A DNA stretch of 63,694 bases, counting the filler, from Hyphochytrium catenoides (taxonomy: Eukaryota; Protista; Hyphochytriomycota): the NCBI GenBank assembly GCA_900088475.1. It is 12 parts of 12 records of this genome, joined end to end, with 100 filler letters (N's around TTAATTAATTAA, not from the genome) between each part and the next. Parts side by side here need not be neighbours in the genome. Positions count along the whole stretch, not along the records: positions 1 to 5,033 come from FLMG01003945.1; positions 5,134 to 13,334 come from FLMG01001752.1; 10 more parts are not named here. One strand, 5' to 3'. How positions within the stretch are numbered: the first letter of the stretch is position 1; each line of letters opens with the position of its first letter. The notes beneath the pieces are model-generated. The model saw nothing but the letters and a program-made list of their open reading frames with translations. It searched no databases and was not told the DNA's origin. Positions 1-11,580 of the stretch are shown piece by piece. The translations under genes and the position numbers were made by a program.

Positions 1-1183
1 CTTTCTCTCTGGGTGAAGAGAGAGGAAGAGAGGGAGAGACACACACAGTCAGAGGTCCACAGCGGCGCAAGGGAATCCGAAGAGGGCGAAAAGAGACAGA
101 GGAAGGAGGGCCAAAAAAGAGACAAGTTGATGGAAGGTTCTGCATCAAAAAGAAAACATACCCGCGCGCAGAGCGAGACCAGAGCCAGGGGAGGCCCTGC
201 ACTACCGGAAAGATATAAGGAGAAGAAGAGAGAGAGAGAGCGGGGTCTCTCCCCTTATTCCACCGAGAGAGAGGAGAGAGAGAGAAAGAGACAACAAAAG
301 ACGTCTCGTCCCCGCCCACACCACTGACAGAAGGGATAAAAGAGAAAACAGGGGAAGCAGTTAAGCAGACGCCAGGGGAAGAGAAAGCAGCCAAAACACC
401 CGGGGAAGAAGAGAATAAGAGAAAGAAGAGAAGCTCAGAGAGAGAAGGGGAGAGAGGAGGAAAACAGGGCGGGGAAGAGAGAGAGAGAGACACACACACC
501 ACAACAAGAGACTGATTGAACAGAAGAGAGAGGTGTCAGAGGAAAAGAAAGGAGAAAAAACTGAGACCAGGAGCATCTTTAGAAACAGTTCGAAATATTT
601 CAATTGTTTTGAAGATTTCCGAGCATATCTTTCAAGATCAGGAAGTGTTGCATGTGACTGACTGACCAATGGAGGGAACTTATACCCTTCCTTTTCCTTA
701 GGAGAAGAGAGAGACGAAAGAGAGAGAGAGAGAGAGGAAGAGTTGTCCTTTTCTATATAAAGGAAGAGATTGTCGGGAGGCAGAGAGAGAGAGAGAAGCA
801 CTTAGAAAAAGAGATAGTTTTTATGCGTTACAGGACTGGGTGCAGGGTCCCACAGGAAACGCGGTTGCATTTGAAGCTGTGCGTCAAGGGGAGTTACCCC
901 GGCATTGACATTCCCAGGGACAAACCGGCTTGGCTGTGACTAGCGCTGTGTGTTTATTAAGACCTTTACATCCGGACCCTACCCACGGGGGGACCCCAGA
1001 TTCTGGTGGGTGGGCTTTGTAATTACTGTAATGACTATATTTGGACACTTTCCCATAAATTGAGAGAGTGGAACCGCCCACAACCTTTTAGTGTGACAAG
1101 GGACAGAGGGCCCCCATCCCTCTTTCTATGGGCCCATGACATTAGGGTGGGTGTGTACATCGGTACTTGTTCTCGAGATTTCG

Positions 1184-1287
1184 TGCATTTCCTTTTGGCT
1201 TTTTCGGGCGAGAAGAAGGTTTAGGTGCTAAATTATGCATTTCCTTTTGGCTTTTTCGGGCGAGAAGAAGGTTTAGGTGCTAAATTA
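1184..1287. repeat. Perfect 52-bp tandem duplication (2 copies)
   Basis: TGCATTTCCTTTTGGCTTTTTCGGGCGAGAAGAAGGTTTAGGTGCTAAATTA at 1184-1235 and 1236-1287. Confidence 0.95.
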
Positions 1288-1320
1288 GGTGAAGCACTAC
1301 CGTTACAAACTAGAGCTGCG

Positions 1321-3697
1321 TGTTTAGCTGAGTGCTCGTTGAGAGGTAGTGTTGGACTTGTGCTCTTCGTAGGAGATTGATGAATGAATTAGTTTGATCA
1401 AAGTGACCAAGTGCTTATCAAGCTCTTGTCTAGTGATTCTTCTAGAGCTAACTAGCTAAACTACGCTAGTCGCTAACTTAATACTGAACTACTTCCTATA
1501 TCTAAGTTCTACGATGAAAGAGCAACACATGCAAAGAAGATAGAAGTAGAAGGGAGTGAGAGAGAAAGACCTCATCAGAGACACGAAGTAAGAAAGGCTT
1601 TCAAGAGCTTCGGTCCTTGTGTCCAGTGAGAAGTTCAGAGCGCCATCAGAACTTCTATCTGCAAAGTCTAACGCAGAAGACCAGCACGGTCTAGTCCAGA
1701 GACAGTGCGCGAGAGACTTCCAGTGCAGAGTCCGAACGTAAGCAGTAACTTCCAGTACTCTTTACAGCGTGCTCTACTACTGAGGAGTCCCAGTAGTGAC
1801 TGGCTAGCGTTAGCACTCTGTGCTGGACCTCTCTCCTGCACTGTCTCTACACTGGACTGGGCTGGTCTTCTTGTAGCTGATGAGTGCTTCTCTCTAGAAC
1901 TTGATGAATGATTAAAGAGAACTACCACAGCTAATCAATCACTAAGTAGTCCCATAACTTCTTCTACATCATCAATAAGCCTATCTAACCTTAGTACTGA
2001 GATTACCTAGAGTTTTTAAAGGTCCTTCCCGAGAGAGAGGGGAAGAGAGAGAGAGAGAAGAGCAGGATGACAAGATTGAGAGCACTTTCATCCTCCACGA
2101 TCCTCTAACTCGTTAAGGGTCCTTCGAGAGAGAGGGGAAGAGGGGAAGAGAGAGAGTGATGAGCATATTCGGTAGCTAAGCTAGGTTAGCTCTAGGAGAA
2201 CTCTAGACCAGGGCTTGATCAGCCAGTTGATGATGGGAATATCTCACAATCCACCTCGCTCCATGAGCACTTAGCTAAACGTAACGAGGGGAAGAGAAGA
2301 AGACTTTTAAGTTTCACTGTGGGAGTCACCATTATTGGAGACAGAATATGCTGTCCTCATACAGCTCCCGGACGCTGCTGATCTGTAGCTGCCGCTAGGA
2401 GGCCTGGTACGGAGCAAAAGAGGCATGATACCATGGAGACCTCACAGGCGCCGTGCCGCTCGAGGAGACGCAGCAAGCGAAACAAGACGCGGAAAATAGA
2501 GAAAAAAAACCAGAAGAAGGCGGTCCGGACATTGTTCCACCATTGACTGTTTGTTAGCTGAGTGTCACCTTGTAGGTTACTTTACGCCTGCAGAGGTTAG
2601 GGGATGGGTCATCTCCTTGTAACGGACGAGGGACGAAGACGCTGCCTATCCAACCTGGGTTGTCATAGTCAAGAGAGATCAAGATGTACTCTACCCCCGC
2701 CCATGCAGTTGTGACTACACGACTCAGTGATAGAAAGGGTTAGGCTAACCTTTCTTCTTTGCATGTTGCGGTCCTACCCAGACTCTTACTCTCTCGAGGC
2801 AATGATGCCAACAGTCATGGAGATGAGTGAAGGACTCTGTTAGCAGAGATAGCCTAGCGATAATCTCTCTCACAGAGCTCAGTTGAGAAAACGCAATCTA
2901 TCGTGCAAGTGCTCTTTCCATAGCAGTGACTAACGAGAACATCTCTGTGTTACTCAGCCCAAGACTCAACTCTGTTCTCTTTATCAACATGTTGGTCATC
3001 ATAGAACCAACCCACATAGAGGCGTGCTATTACCTTGTGCGCTACAAGGTAAAGAGTCAGGAACTAAGATGAAGTCCTTGGCAACAATGGCCCTGGTCGC
3101 ACATCAATTTTAAGGCTCTACTGAGGGAAAAGCACTCTGCTTTTGCTTTCGGTAGGTACTTTGTGGTTCTGTGGCCTTGCAGGATTCAGGGGCAAAGCCA
3201 GTAACAGAGCCAAACGAGTGGGAGTATAGGAAGTACTGGAAGATATTGCTAGCGTTTGGACTCTGCGCTAAAAGTCTCTCCCGCGCTGTCTCTTGCACTG
3301 GACTGGGCTGGCCTTCTGCGTTAATCTTTGCAGTGCAGAGGGAAGTTCTGCTAGCCCTGTGAACCTCTGCACTGAAGGCAAAGGAATTGAACGTTGAAAA
3401 GCAAGCTTTCTTCATGTTTCTTTCAAGGTCTTTCTCTCTCTCTCCCTCCTGCTTTTATCTTCTTTGCATGATGAGTTGCATTTTCATCTAAGACTTGGAC
3501 ATAGCAGGAAATAGTTCAGTACTGATGGTAGCTAGTAAGTTAGCGACCTTAGTAGTTCAGCTAGGTAGCTCTAGCAGACTTTCTAGACAAGAGCTTGGCG
3601 AAGCACATGTTCAACTTGATCAATCAACTCATTCAAGAATCTCCAAGCAAGAGAACAAGTCCTACAATCTACCTCTCCACGAGCACTCACCTAAACC
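1321..3697. repeat. Diverged inverted duplication (~440 bp; 1321-1758 vs 3231-3697) with an internal fold-back; probable degenerate TE remnant
   Basis: The reverse complement of 3231-3697 aligns by eye along 1321-1758 (GAGTGCTCG.GAGAGGTAG, AAGCTCTTGTCTAG, CATGCAAAGAAGATA, AACGCAGAAG.CCAGC, CTTCCAGTACT). A third partial copy at 1795-1870 is inverted relative to 1676-1750. Confidence 0.8.
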
Positions 3698-4587
3698 AAC
3701 TTGGCTGGGATGGAAGAGAGCAAGAATAGCGTCCAGTAGTCCACAATGCTTAGCAGTGAGAGGAGTCTCAGTTGTGCTGATGATAGTCTCTCACGGTAAG
3801 CCCGCCTGACGTCTGGCACTTATCCACCCAGTTCTGCACTAGCAGGAGCACTCATACGGCCTCCTCGACCAGTTACTCTCCTCCAGCACTGTCTTGCCTT
3901 GCGTGATCTGCTGCAGCCTAGACGCGTGGCAAGGGTAAGAATACAATGTTACGTGCTTGCTCCTCTCGAGAAACAGATGAAAAGAAAAGATCAGACATTC
4001 CGTTTCATTCGTCTTCTACTGCTTTCAATGAGCTCTGTACTATGGCAATAGTGCATCAGCGTGCAGACAGGGGTGATGCAGAACGAGCCGTCAAACTCGG
4101 TCAGTGCCATGGATCGACCTACTAGCAGGCACCGGCTAAAACTATTTAGTTGAAGACGACGTCAGAGATTGCAGAAAGCTCTCCCTTCTTGTGGCAGAGT
4201 TCTTTGTAGACTGAGCTGGTCAAGGCGACAGTCAGATCTACAAAGCACTATCGCGAAGATCGACAGAGTGCGCAGGAAAGAGAGGCACGGCGGGCTTAAT
4301 TAACTGGGTTTACGTCTGCAACTAGAAGCAAAAAGACTGACTCCGTTAGCATCGTAGGAAGAAGCTCCTCCTCCCCTCTGTTTCCTTCTCCGTTCACCAC
4401 GACTACTGATGAACTTCCTCTCATAATATTCCCTAACTCTTGAGCTCTCCTGATGCTACTATTCTACTCCCTAAGCGGCGGTGACTTTTCTTTTGTCTTC
4501 TACTTTCGTCCCTCTCACTCTCTTGCCCTACCTTGGGCAGCTTATCTCACTGTTACAGTGCACTATGGATGCATCAGAACCGCTGCT

Positions 4588-4722
<135 letters not shown>

Positions 4723-5033
4723 CCCATCCACATGCACACACCTGACCGTCCTCATTCCATATCTACGACAGATAGACGAGCTTGTGAACCTTTATGGAAG
4801 CAAATAGCTTCGCACGTGATCCTCCTCCTTGCGCCCACTTACCAGGGGCAAAGCATCATTCAGCCCTCATCACATTAGCATCTTTATCTGAACAGCACGG
4901 TGGAACTCCAAGATGAGTTGGTATAACCTTTGTAAGGTAAAGATACTTGCACACTCTCGATGAAGAGTCACAGCAGTCAGTGCACTATGGATGCATCAGA
5001 ACCGCTGCTGCTCTCTCTCTCTCTCTCTCTCTC

Positions 5034-5133
5034 NNNNNNNNNNNNNNNNNNNNNNNNNNNNNNNNNNNNNNNNNNNNTTAATTAATTAANNNNNNNNNNN
5101 NNNNNNNNNNNNNNNNNNNNNNNNNNNNNNNNN
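5034..5133. other. Artificial contig linker (N44-TTAATTAATTAA-N44). Same linker at 13335-13434, 17025-17124, 20354-20453, 44815-44914, 46061-46160, 47426-47525, 51502-51601, 59238-59337, 60774-60873 and 62272-62371
   Basis: Identical 100-nt spacer with stops in all six frames, seen 11 times. Plain N gaps also occur at ~58517-58544 and ~59655-59698. Confidence 0.97.
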
Positions 5134-5683
5134 GCGAGGAAGAGTGCTCAAACCCAGATCGCTTTCAAACTCACATAATGCTTATTTCCTTCCATTTTAG
5201 GCTAATGCCTCATAACGTCACCCTAACACAGGTTAATAATTGAAAAAGATATATGAGTTAGCGTTGTTAGAAGGTTTGGCATCGGCCATATTTGTGATGG
5301 GTGTTCTGATCCGAAATGAGAGTGGTCATCTCTTCAAGTTGCCCAGTCATTGCCCCGTTCGGTTCTGACCCATCGAATCATTATTCCGAATAAAGCTACC
5401 ATTCTCATGAAATAAAACTCGAGTGGCCTGTGGGAATTAGAATAACGAGGGTGAGTTACTCCCTCCCCTATGTGTTTGAGTGTTTCCCTCGTGTCAAATG
5501 TTAAGCCGACGGAGCCACTCACCCGCTGGTGAGAGCCTTTCTCGACTCTGTCTTGTTCCTGTTCGTAAGGGCCTTTCCTTTCTCTTTCCTCTATCTTTCT
5601 CCACTCTCTTTCTCTTCCTCTTTCTCTCTCTCTCTGTCTCGCTCTGTTTCTCTTTTCCTCCCTCTCACTTTTCTCTCTTCTCT

Positions 5684-5719
<36 letters not shown>

Positions 5720-6035
5720 CTCTCTGTCTCTTTCACTCTCGGTCTCTCTCGTTATATCTCTACCTCTCTCTCTCTTTTCTTTCTCTCTTTTCTCTCTGTC
5801 TCTCTCCCTCTCTGTCTCACTTGATATATCTCTTTCCCCCTCTGTCTCTCTGTTCTGTGTCGCTGTCTCTCTCGCTCTGTCTCTCTTTTTTCTGTCTCTG
5901 TCCCTTTGTTCTCTGTCTCTCTGTCTCTCTCTCTCTTTTGGCTTGATTGTCTCCTAATCTCGGTGGTCTGTCTTCCTTTATCTCTTGCCTTCTTTTCGCT
6001 GGTTTTTCTCTTTTGTTTTTCTCTATTCACCAAGT

Positions 6036-6090
<55 letters not shown>

Positions 6091-6413
6091 TCGTCTTGTC
6101 TCTTCTCTGATTCTCGCTTTGCAAGCAAGGACACTGAAAAAAAAAAAATCACTATAAAGACAATTTCTCTCTTCCAGATGTGAAGATTATTGCGTCTTCT
6201 ACTGAAAATCTCCGTAATGTTATCCGGAAAGGGAGCTGCAGAATCTCGAGAAGATGGGAAAGAATATCAGAATGAATCAAAAAGATGAAGACTAATGCCT
6301 GGTTCTCTCCAAAGGGGCGCTTTACATTGCCCTTCAAAATGTTCTCCTTTTTCGCCCCGGCGACTTCTCTCTTTCCTGAGCTTGTGCTCTTATAAATCTC
6401 TTTCTTCGACGCA

Positions 6414-6885
6414 ATGAAGGCTGCCGCTGCCCCTATAAAAAGCGTCAGCGCTGGGACAAACATCGCCATCGGAGTCGCTCTCGGTCTTCCGACTCCAAGC
6501 TGTGAGGTCGGAGGAGGAGAGAGACAGAAAGCGCTTGTCTTTCGCAAGCTCTCTCTCCCGCTGAAACTCGCCCCTGAGTCCACATTAAGGCAGATTCTCA
6601 TTGGAAAGAAAGGCGCGAACATCAAAAATCTTTCCGATGAGACGCGATGTCATCTAGCGCTCAGGCAGCCGGAAAAAGCGGCAGATAAGGGAGATGGAGC
6701 TTATCTTCTTATCAGCGGGGAGACCGAGGGAAGGGTGAGAAGAAGCCTCCCTCTCTCCTGGTGTTTGACTCTCTCTCTCTCCTTTCTTCTCTCTCTTGCT
6801 TTCTTTCGTCCCCCTCAGCCCACTATCTTCTATTCCTTCCGTCCCTCCTTCTCTCTCTCTCTCTCCTTTATACTATCTCTTTCTT

Positions 6886-6918
<33 letters not shown>

Positions 6919-7209
6919 CCCACTCTCTGTCTCTCTCTTTCTCTGTCTCTCGCTTTCTCTGTCTCTCGCTTTCTCTGTCTCTCTCTCTCTTTCTCTCTCT
7001 CTGTCTCTCTATACTTGTTTCTCTTCCTCTTCCTCTTTCTCTTTTCTCTACAGATTTCCTCCCTTCTCTCTCCTCTGTCTTTCTCACCTACTCTTTCTCC
7101 CTTTTGCCTGCTTGCGCTTTGTCTTCTTCTTGTTCTTCTTTCTCAATCCTTTTCTGCGGGTGAATGAAGTATGAACCTCATTCCTTTTTACAATGTGACA
7201 CACTCCCTC

Positions 7210-7245
<36 letters not shown>

Positions 7246-10200
7246 TTCTCGCTCTCTCTCTCTTCCTGTCTGCTTCTTCGTAGGTAAACAAAGCGGAGAG
7301 ACTGGTATTGGAGTACATAAACGCCCAACTGACTGAGGGAAAGAGGAGAGAACAGGAAGAGGAGAAGAGAAAGAGACAACAAGAAGAAAGAAGAAAAAAA
7401 AGAGAGGAGGATGAAAGAAGAAAGAAGAGCAATGTTGGAAAAAAACGTCCTCTCCCGCAATCTTCTCCCTCCTTTAGCAAGGAAGGGTCGAAGAAGAAGA
7501 AAGAGGCAAAATCTAATCAAAGGAAACGAGGGAAGGGGAGAGAGAGAGAAAGAGAGAGAAAGGGAGGACCTCCTCCGAAAAAAGAGAGAGGGCCTCCTTT
7601 CCTGAACGCTTCCGTCAGATATACAGCCCGGCGAAGGGAAGAGGATCATGGGAACGAAGAGGGAGAGAAAGAGGGAGCAAGAGAGACTCGGAAGATGATG
7701 GAAGAGAGTGAGAGACCTGATCTTCTCTCTTCATACCCCGAAGACATAGAGGCGGGGAGGTGGAGGGAAAGAGAGCGAGAAAGAGAGTTTGCCGCCTATC
7801 CTCCTCCCTACTCTGCTTCTCCTCTCTCCCAGACGTCTCTCCTTCCCTCCCCGAAGTTTCATCTCTCTTATCCTATCCCTGGGAGCACGCTGGGAGGAAG
7901 GGAGGAAGCCGCGAGAGAGAGAAGAGAGAGAGAAAGAGAGAAAATTTACGCGGATTCAAGGGACTATCTGCCTAGAGACCACCACTCGAGGGAGAAAAGG
8001 CAATGGGACCGGGAGAGAATAAGAGAGACAAGAGAAGAAAGACCTTTATTAGTAGAAGACGCGGAAAGAGAAAAGGAAAGAGAGAGAAGTTATGAAGAAA
8101 GAGAAGAGACTTATCCCTACCCTTCACAGCATAGAACGGATGGTCTAAGAGAGAGAGAGAGAGATGACAAATATTTCTTCACCAGCAGAGAGAGGGATAG
8201 CAACTGGACAGAGAGAGAGACGGACAGAGATGGTTACCCTTCCAGTTCTCTTCCTCCTTCCCGTACGAAGCCTCTTTCTCTCTCCTTTACTTCTTCTCTC
8301 CCTCATGCGTCTTCCTCTCTTCTGCAAGACAGAGATTATTTGCCTCCTCGGGACTGGGAGACCGAGCCTCCTCGCTCGTTTTCTCTTCCCAACAGAGGCT
8401 CCCCAGCACTCTCTTCCGCCGGTCTTTCCCCTAATAGGAAGTGGAGAGAAAGAGAGAGAGAAAAGAGAGAGTCATCCGCCTCTCTCTCTCCTCGACAGAG
8501 AACAAGACAAGCCCGGGAGAGGTTTCGCCACGAGGCAACCAGCGTCTCTCCCTCTTTCCAAAACTTTGTTCCGAGGGTTGAAGAGTCTCTCTCTCTTCCC
8601 CGGCCTCCCGTCTCTATTGCTAGTCAAACCTCTCTCTCTTCTGATGGTTGCACACAGACAGAGACACCATTGATGTTCTCTGAGCGCACGCAGACGGAGA
8701 GAGAGATGCTAACCCGAGAGAGAGAAACACAGACGACTCTCTCTTCTCATCCTATCTCCACACAGACAGAAGCACCACCTCTCTCTCGAGAAAGAGAGGC
8801 GCAGACCGATATATATTATCTATCAACTGCATGCCAGACAGAGTCTGCGCGAGAGGAAGAAAAAGGAGAGAGGGTGCATGTGGCTACCTCTACCTCGGAG
8901 ATAAGAGGAGAGACAGATGAAGAGCGAGGTGAAGAGAAGAGAGAGAAACGAGACATTCTCTCCCAACTTGCAACCTTACTTCTAAAGCAGGGAGAATCGT
9001 ATCGCTCTCTCTCCTTCTCTCTCTCTCGTCCGCGGACACAACTCCAAGTGGGAGAGACAGTGGAAGGCGTCTCTCCGTTCTCTGGAGAAAATGACGGCGT
9101 TGCAGCGCTAAGAGAGCTGGAGAGAGCGATTCTGGAGGAGGAAGAAGCGAGAAAAGTACTAGAAGAGAAAAAGAAGAAAGCACGTGATTGTCTGCAATCT
9201 TCTCTCTCTTTGAAAGGTCTCACTCTCTCTCAGCTTCAGATCCCTAAAGAGCTTTTTTCACCCACAGAGGATGGGACATCGAAGGAGTAAGTTCGTCTTT
9301 TCCCCGTGCCTCTCTCAGTCTCTCTCTCTCTCTCTCGCCTTTGGCTGTTCCCGCCAGTCTCTCTCTTCCCTCTCACTCCGTCTATACCTGTGTCTGGATC
9401 GGTCTCTTTCCAACGGTTTCTCTCTCTTCTCTCTCTCTTTTCTCTCTCTGTTCTCTCACCCTCTCTCTCTCACTCTCTCTCTCTTTTCTCTCACTCTCTC
9501 TCTCTCTCTTTTCTCTTTCTTTCTCTCTCTCTCTTCCACTCTCTTCTCCTCGGACCTCTCTCTACCGACCACTTCCTCTCTCTTCCTTTCTCCTTTCTGT
9601 TGTCCTCCTCCCTCCATGGCACTGGGGATACCCCCCTCTCGTCGAATAATACTGCTAACTCAATTGCATCTCTAGGGAGGACCGTCACATCCTCGGGGAG
9701 TGTCGCAAAGCCGTCCGTCGGATCTGCGACGAGATCGAGAGAGAGATTCGAGCTTCAGCTTGCAAATGCAGAGGCAGAGCAAAAGGGAGAATCGGAAGCT
9801 ACGGCGCCTTGCGATGCAATGTCTGCAAGAGTTGCTGCCAATTGCACTGCTCCTGCGGCAGCAAGTGTAGATGTAGGAATTGCGTCGTGTATAGAGAGAC
9901 AGCGAGGAGACTGGAAGAAGAAGAAGAGATGCTGAGGCAAATGGACAATCAGAGAGAAGAGGAAAATCGGTAAGAAGAAGCTTCTCTTCTTCAGCAGACA
10001 CTTTCTCTGTTTCTGTCGGTCTGCGTCTCTCTTTCTCCCTTCACTAAGAGCTCATTCTCTTGCGTTGCACTTTGCTTCTTCTCTTCTGATCTTCCGCTTA
10101 TGGACCTTCGTTTTGCTAGCCTTCTGCTGGCCCTTTGTCTTCGCATATGCTCTGTCCTGTTTCCTGGCCTACTCTCTGTACTTTAACTTTCCCTCCTCTA

Positions 10201-11159
10201 TGATCGTATTATCCTCTCTCTTTTTCCTACTTCTCTCTCTGTGTGTTTTGCTCTCGCTGTTGGTTTTCTTTCTCCTCCTCGCGCTGTGTCGTGACTTCTT
10301 TATCTCTTTTTTCCATTGCATGGTTCTCTCTCTCTATCTTTCTCTCTCTCTCTCTCTCTCCCCCTCGCATAACCGTTTTGTGTCTCCGACTCGACGTCTT
10401 TTATCGTTCTCCAGGAAAGAGCAGGAACGGCTTTTCAAAGCCGCGAAGAGCCGCATGGCAAGAGCCCATGGTCCTTTTAGAATAAACATCAAGCTTAGGG
10501 ATGAACGGGAAGATGGTGAGTCCCAGAGGAGAAGGGCAGGAAAGAGACATTAGCTAGAAAAAGAGAGAGGGATGGTCTACTATATGACCTTCGTTGCCTC
10601 TACTACTGATGCCCTTTTGCTCTCTCCCTCTCTCTCCCTCCTCTCTCTCCGGCATAACCCCATCTCTCGCTCTCTGTTCCCCCTCCCGCACTCTCTCTCT
10701 CTGTCTCTCTCTCTCTTTTTTTCTCTCTCTCTCTGTCTGTCTCTCTCTCTCCCTCCCTCTCTCTCCCTCTCCCTCTCTCTCTCTCCCTCTCTCTCTCTCT
10801 CTTTCTTTCCCTGTACACGTCTCATTCTTTGCCTGTTCTTGCCTATTTCTCTCTTTCTCTCTGTCATCCCTATTCACCCTGCCCTTCTAACCCTTCCCAC
10901 TTTCTCTCTCTCTCTGCCGCTATCGCCGTCCATCCAAGGCTCTCCCCCTATGGTGCTGGACAAGTCTCCTCCTTTGGACCCCTACGCCGTGCTTGGCCTT
11001 CCCCGCTCCGCGTCTCTGAAGGAAGTCAAGCAAAAGTACAGGACTTTAGCCTTGCAGCTACATCCTGACAAGAGAGGAGGAAGGGAAGACGAAGGAGAAG
11101 ACACGGTCAATCGATTTGTTCTGGTCACGCGGGCCTATGAGTTGCTGACCAAAAGCTAG
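6414..11159 (+). CDS. Multi-exon protein (~979 aa): N-terminal KH domain, long Arg/Glu-rich disordered region with a TQT motif array, Cys-rich domain, C-terminal DnaJ (J) domain
   Basis: Manual model: exons 6414-6734, 7284-9286, 9676-9969, 10415-10515, 10939-11159 (2940 nt). All introns are GT-AG with matching phases 0,2,2,1. KH signature ILIGKKGANIKNL..LLISG..V.KAE.LV is completed across intron 1. J domain DPYAVLGL..EVKQKYRTLALQLHPDK..F..VTRAYELL. The KH and J calls are firm. Joining them into one gene is inferred; it could instead stop at TAA 9290. Confidence 0.7.
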
Positions 11160-11580
11160 GCCTCACAGTCTCTCTCAAATCTTTTTGTCTCTGCCCCAGG
11201 CGTCAGGAGTCACCCGGCTGTCCCTGTGTATTTCTATTATTTGTTGTCTCTCTATGTGTCCCCTATTATTTATGGTCTGCTAGGGCTATCGACGGAACTT
11301 TGAACCTTTTAGGCGTCGAAGTTGTATACACGCGAAAGAGAGAGAGAGAGGAGAGAATGGAAAGGTCTAACGATCTAGCTTGACACAGACTTTGTATAAA
11401 GAAGAGCTCTCTTATTCATTAGACAAACCCCAGTGATTGCCAGAGGGTTAAAAGGCCAACAAAAGATACGTGGCTCACTCCATCTTCTCCCTCTCTTCTC
11501 TACAAATACAAGAGAGAGAGAGAGAGAAAGAGTCATTCTTCCGTTTTGCCTCTTCGCCCTTCTACTGGGTAGGAAGCTCC

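Noticed and set aside
5034-5133. Regularly recurring TTAATTAATTAA as a CRISPR-like or biological repeat
   Set aside because: Always centred in N runs of fixed length; it is an assembly linker.
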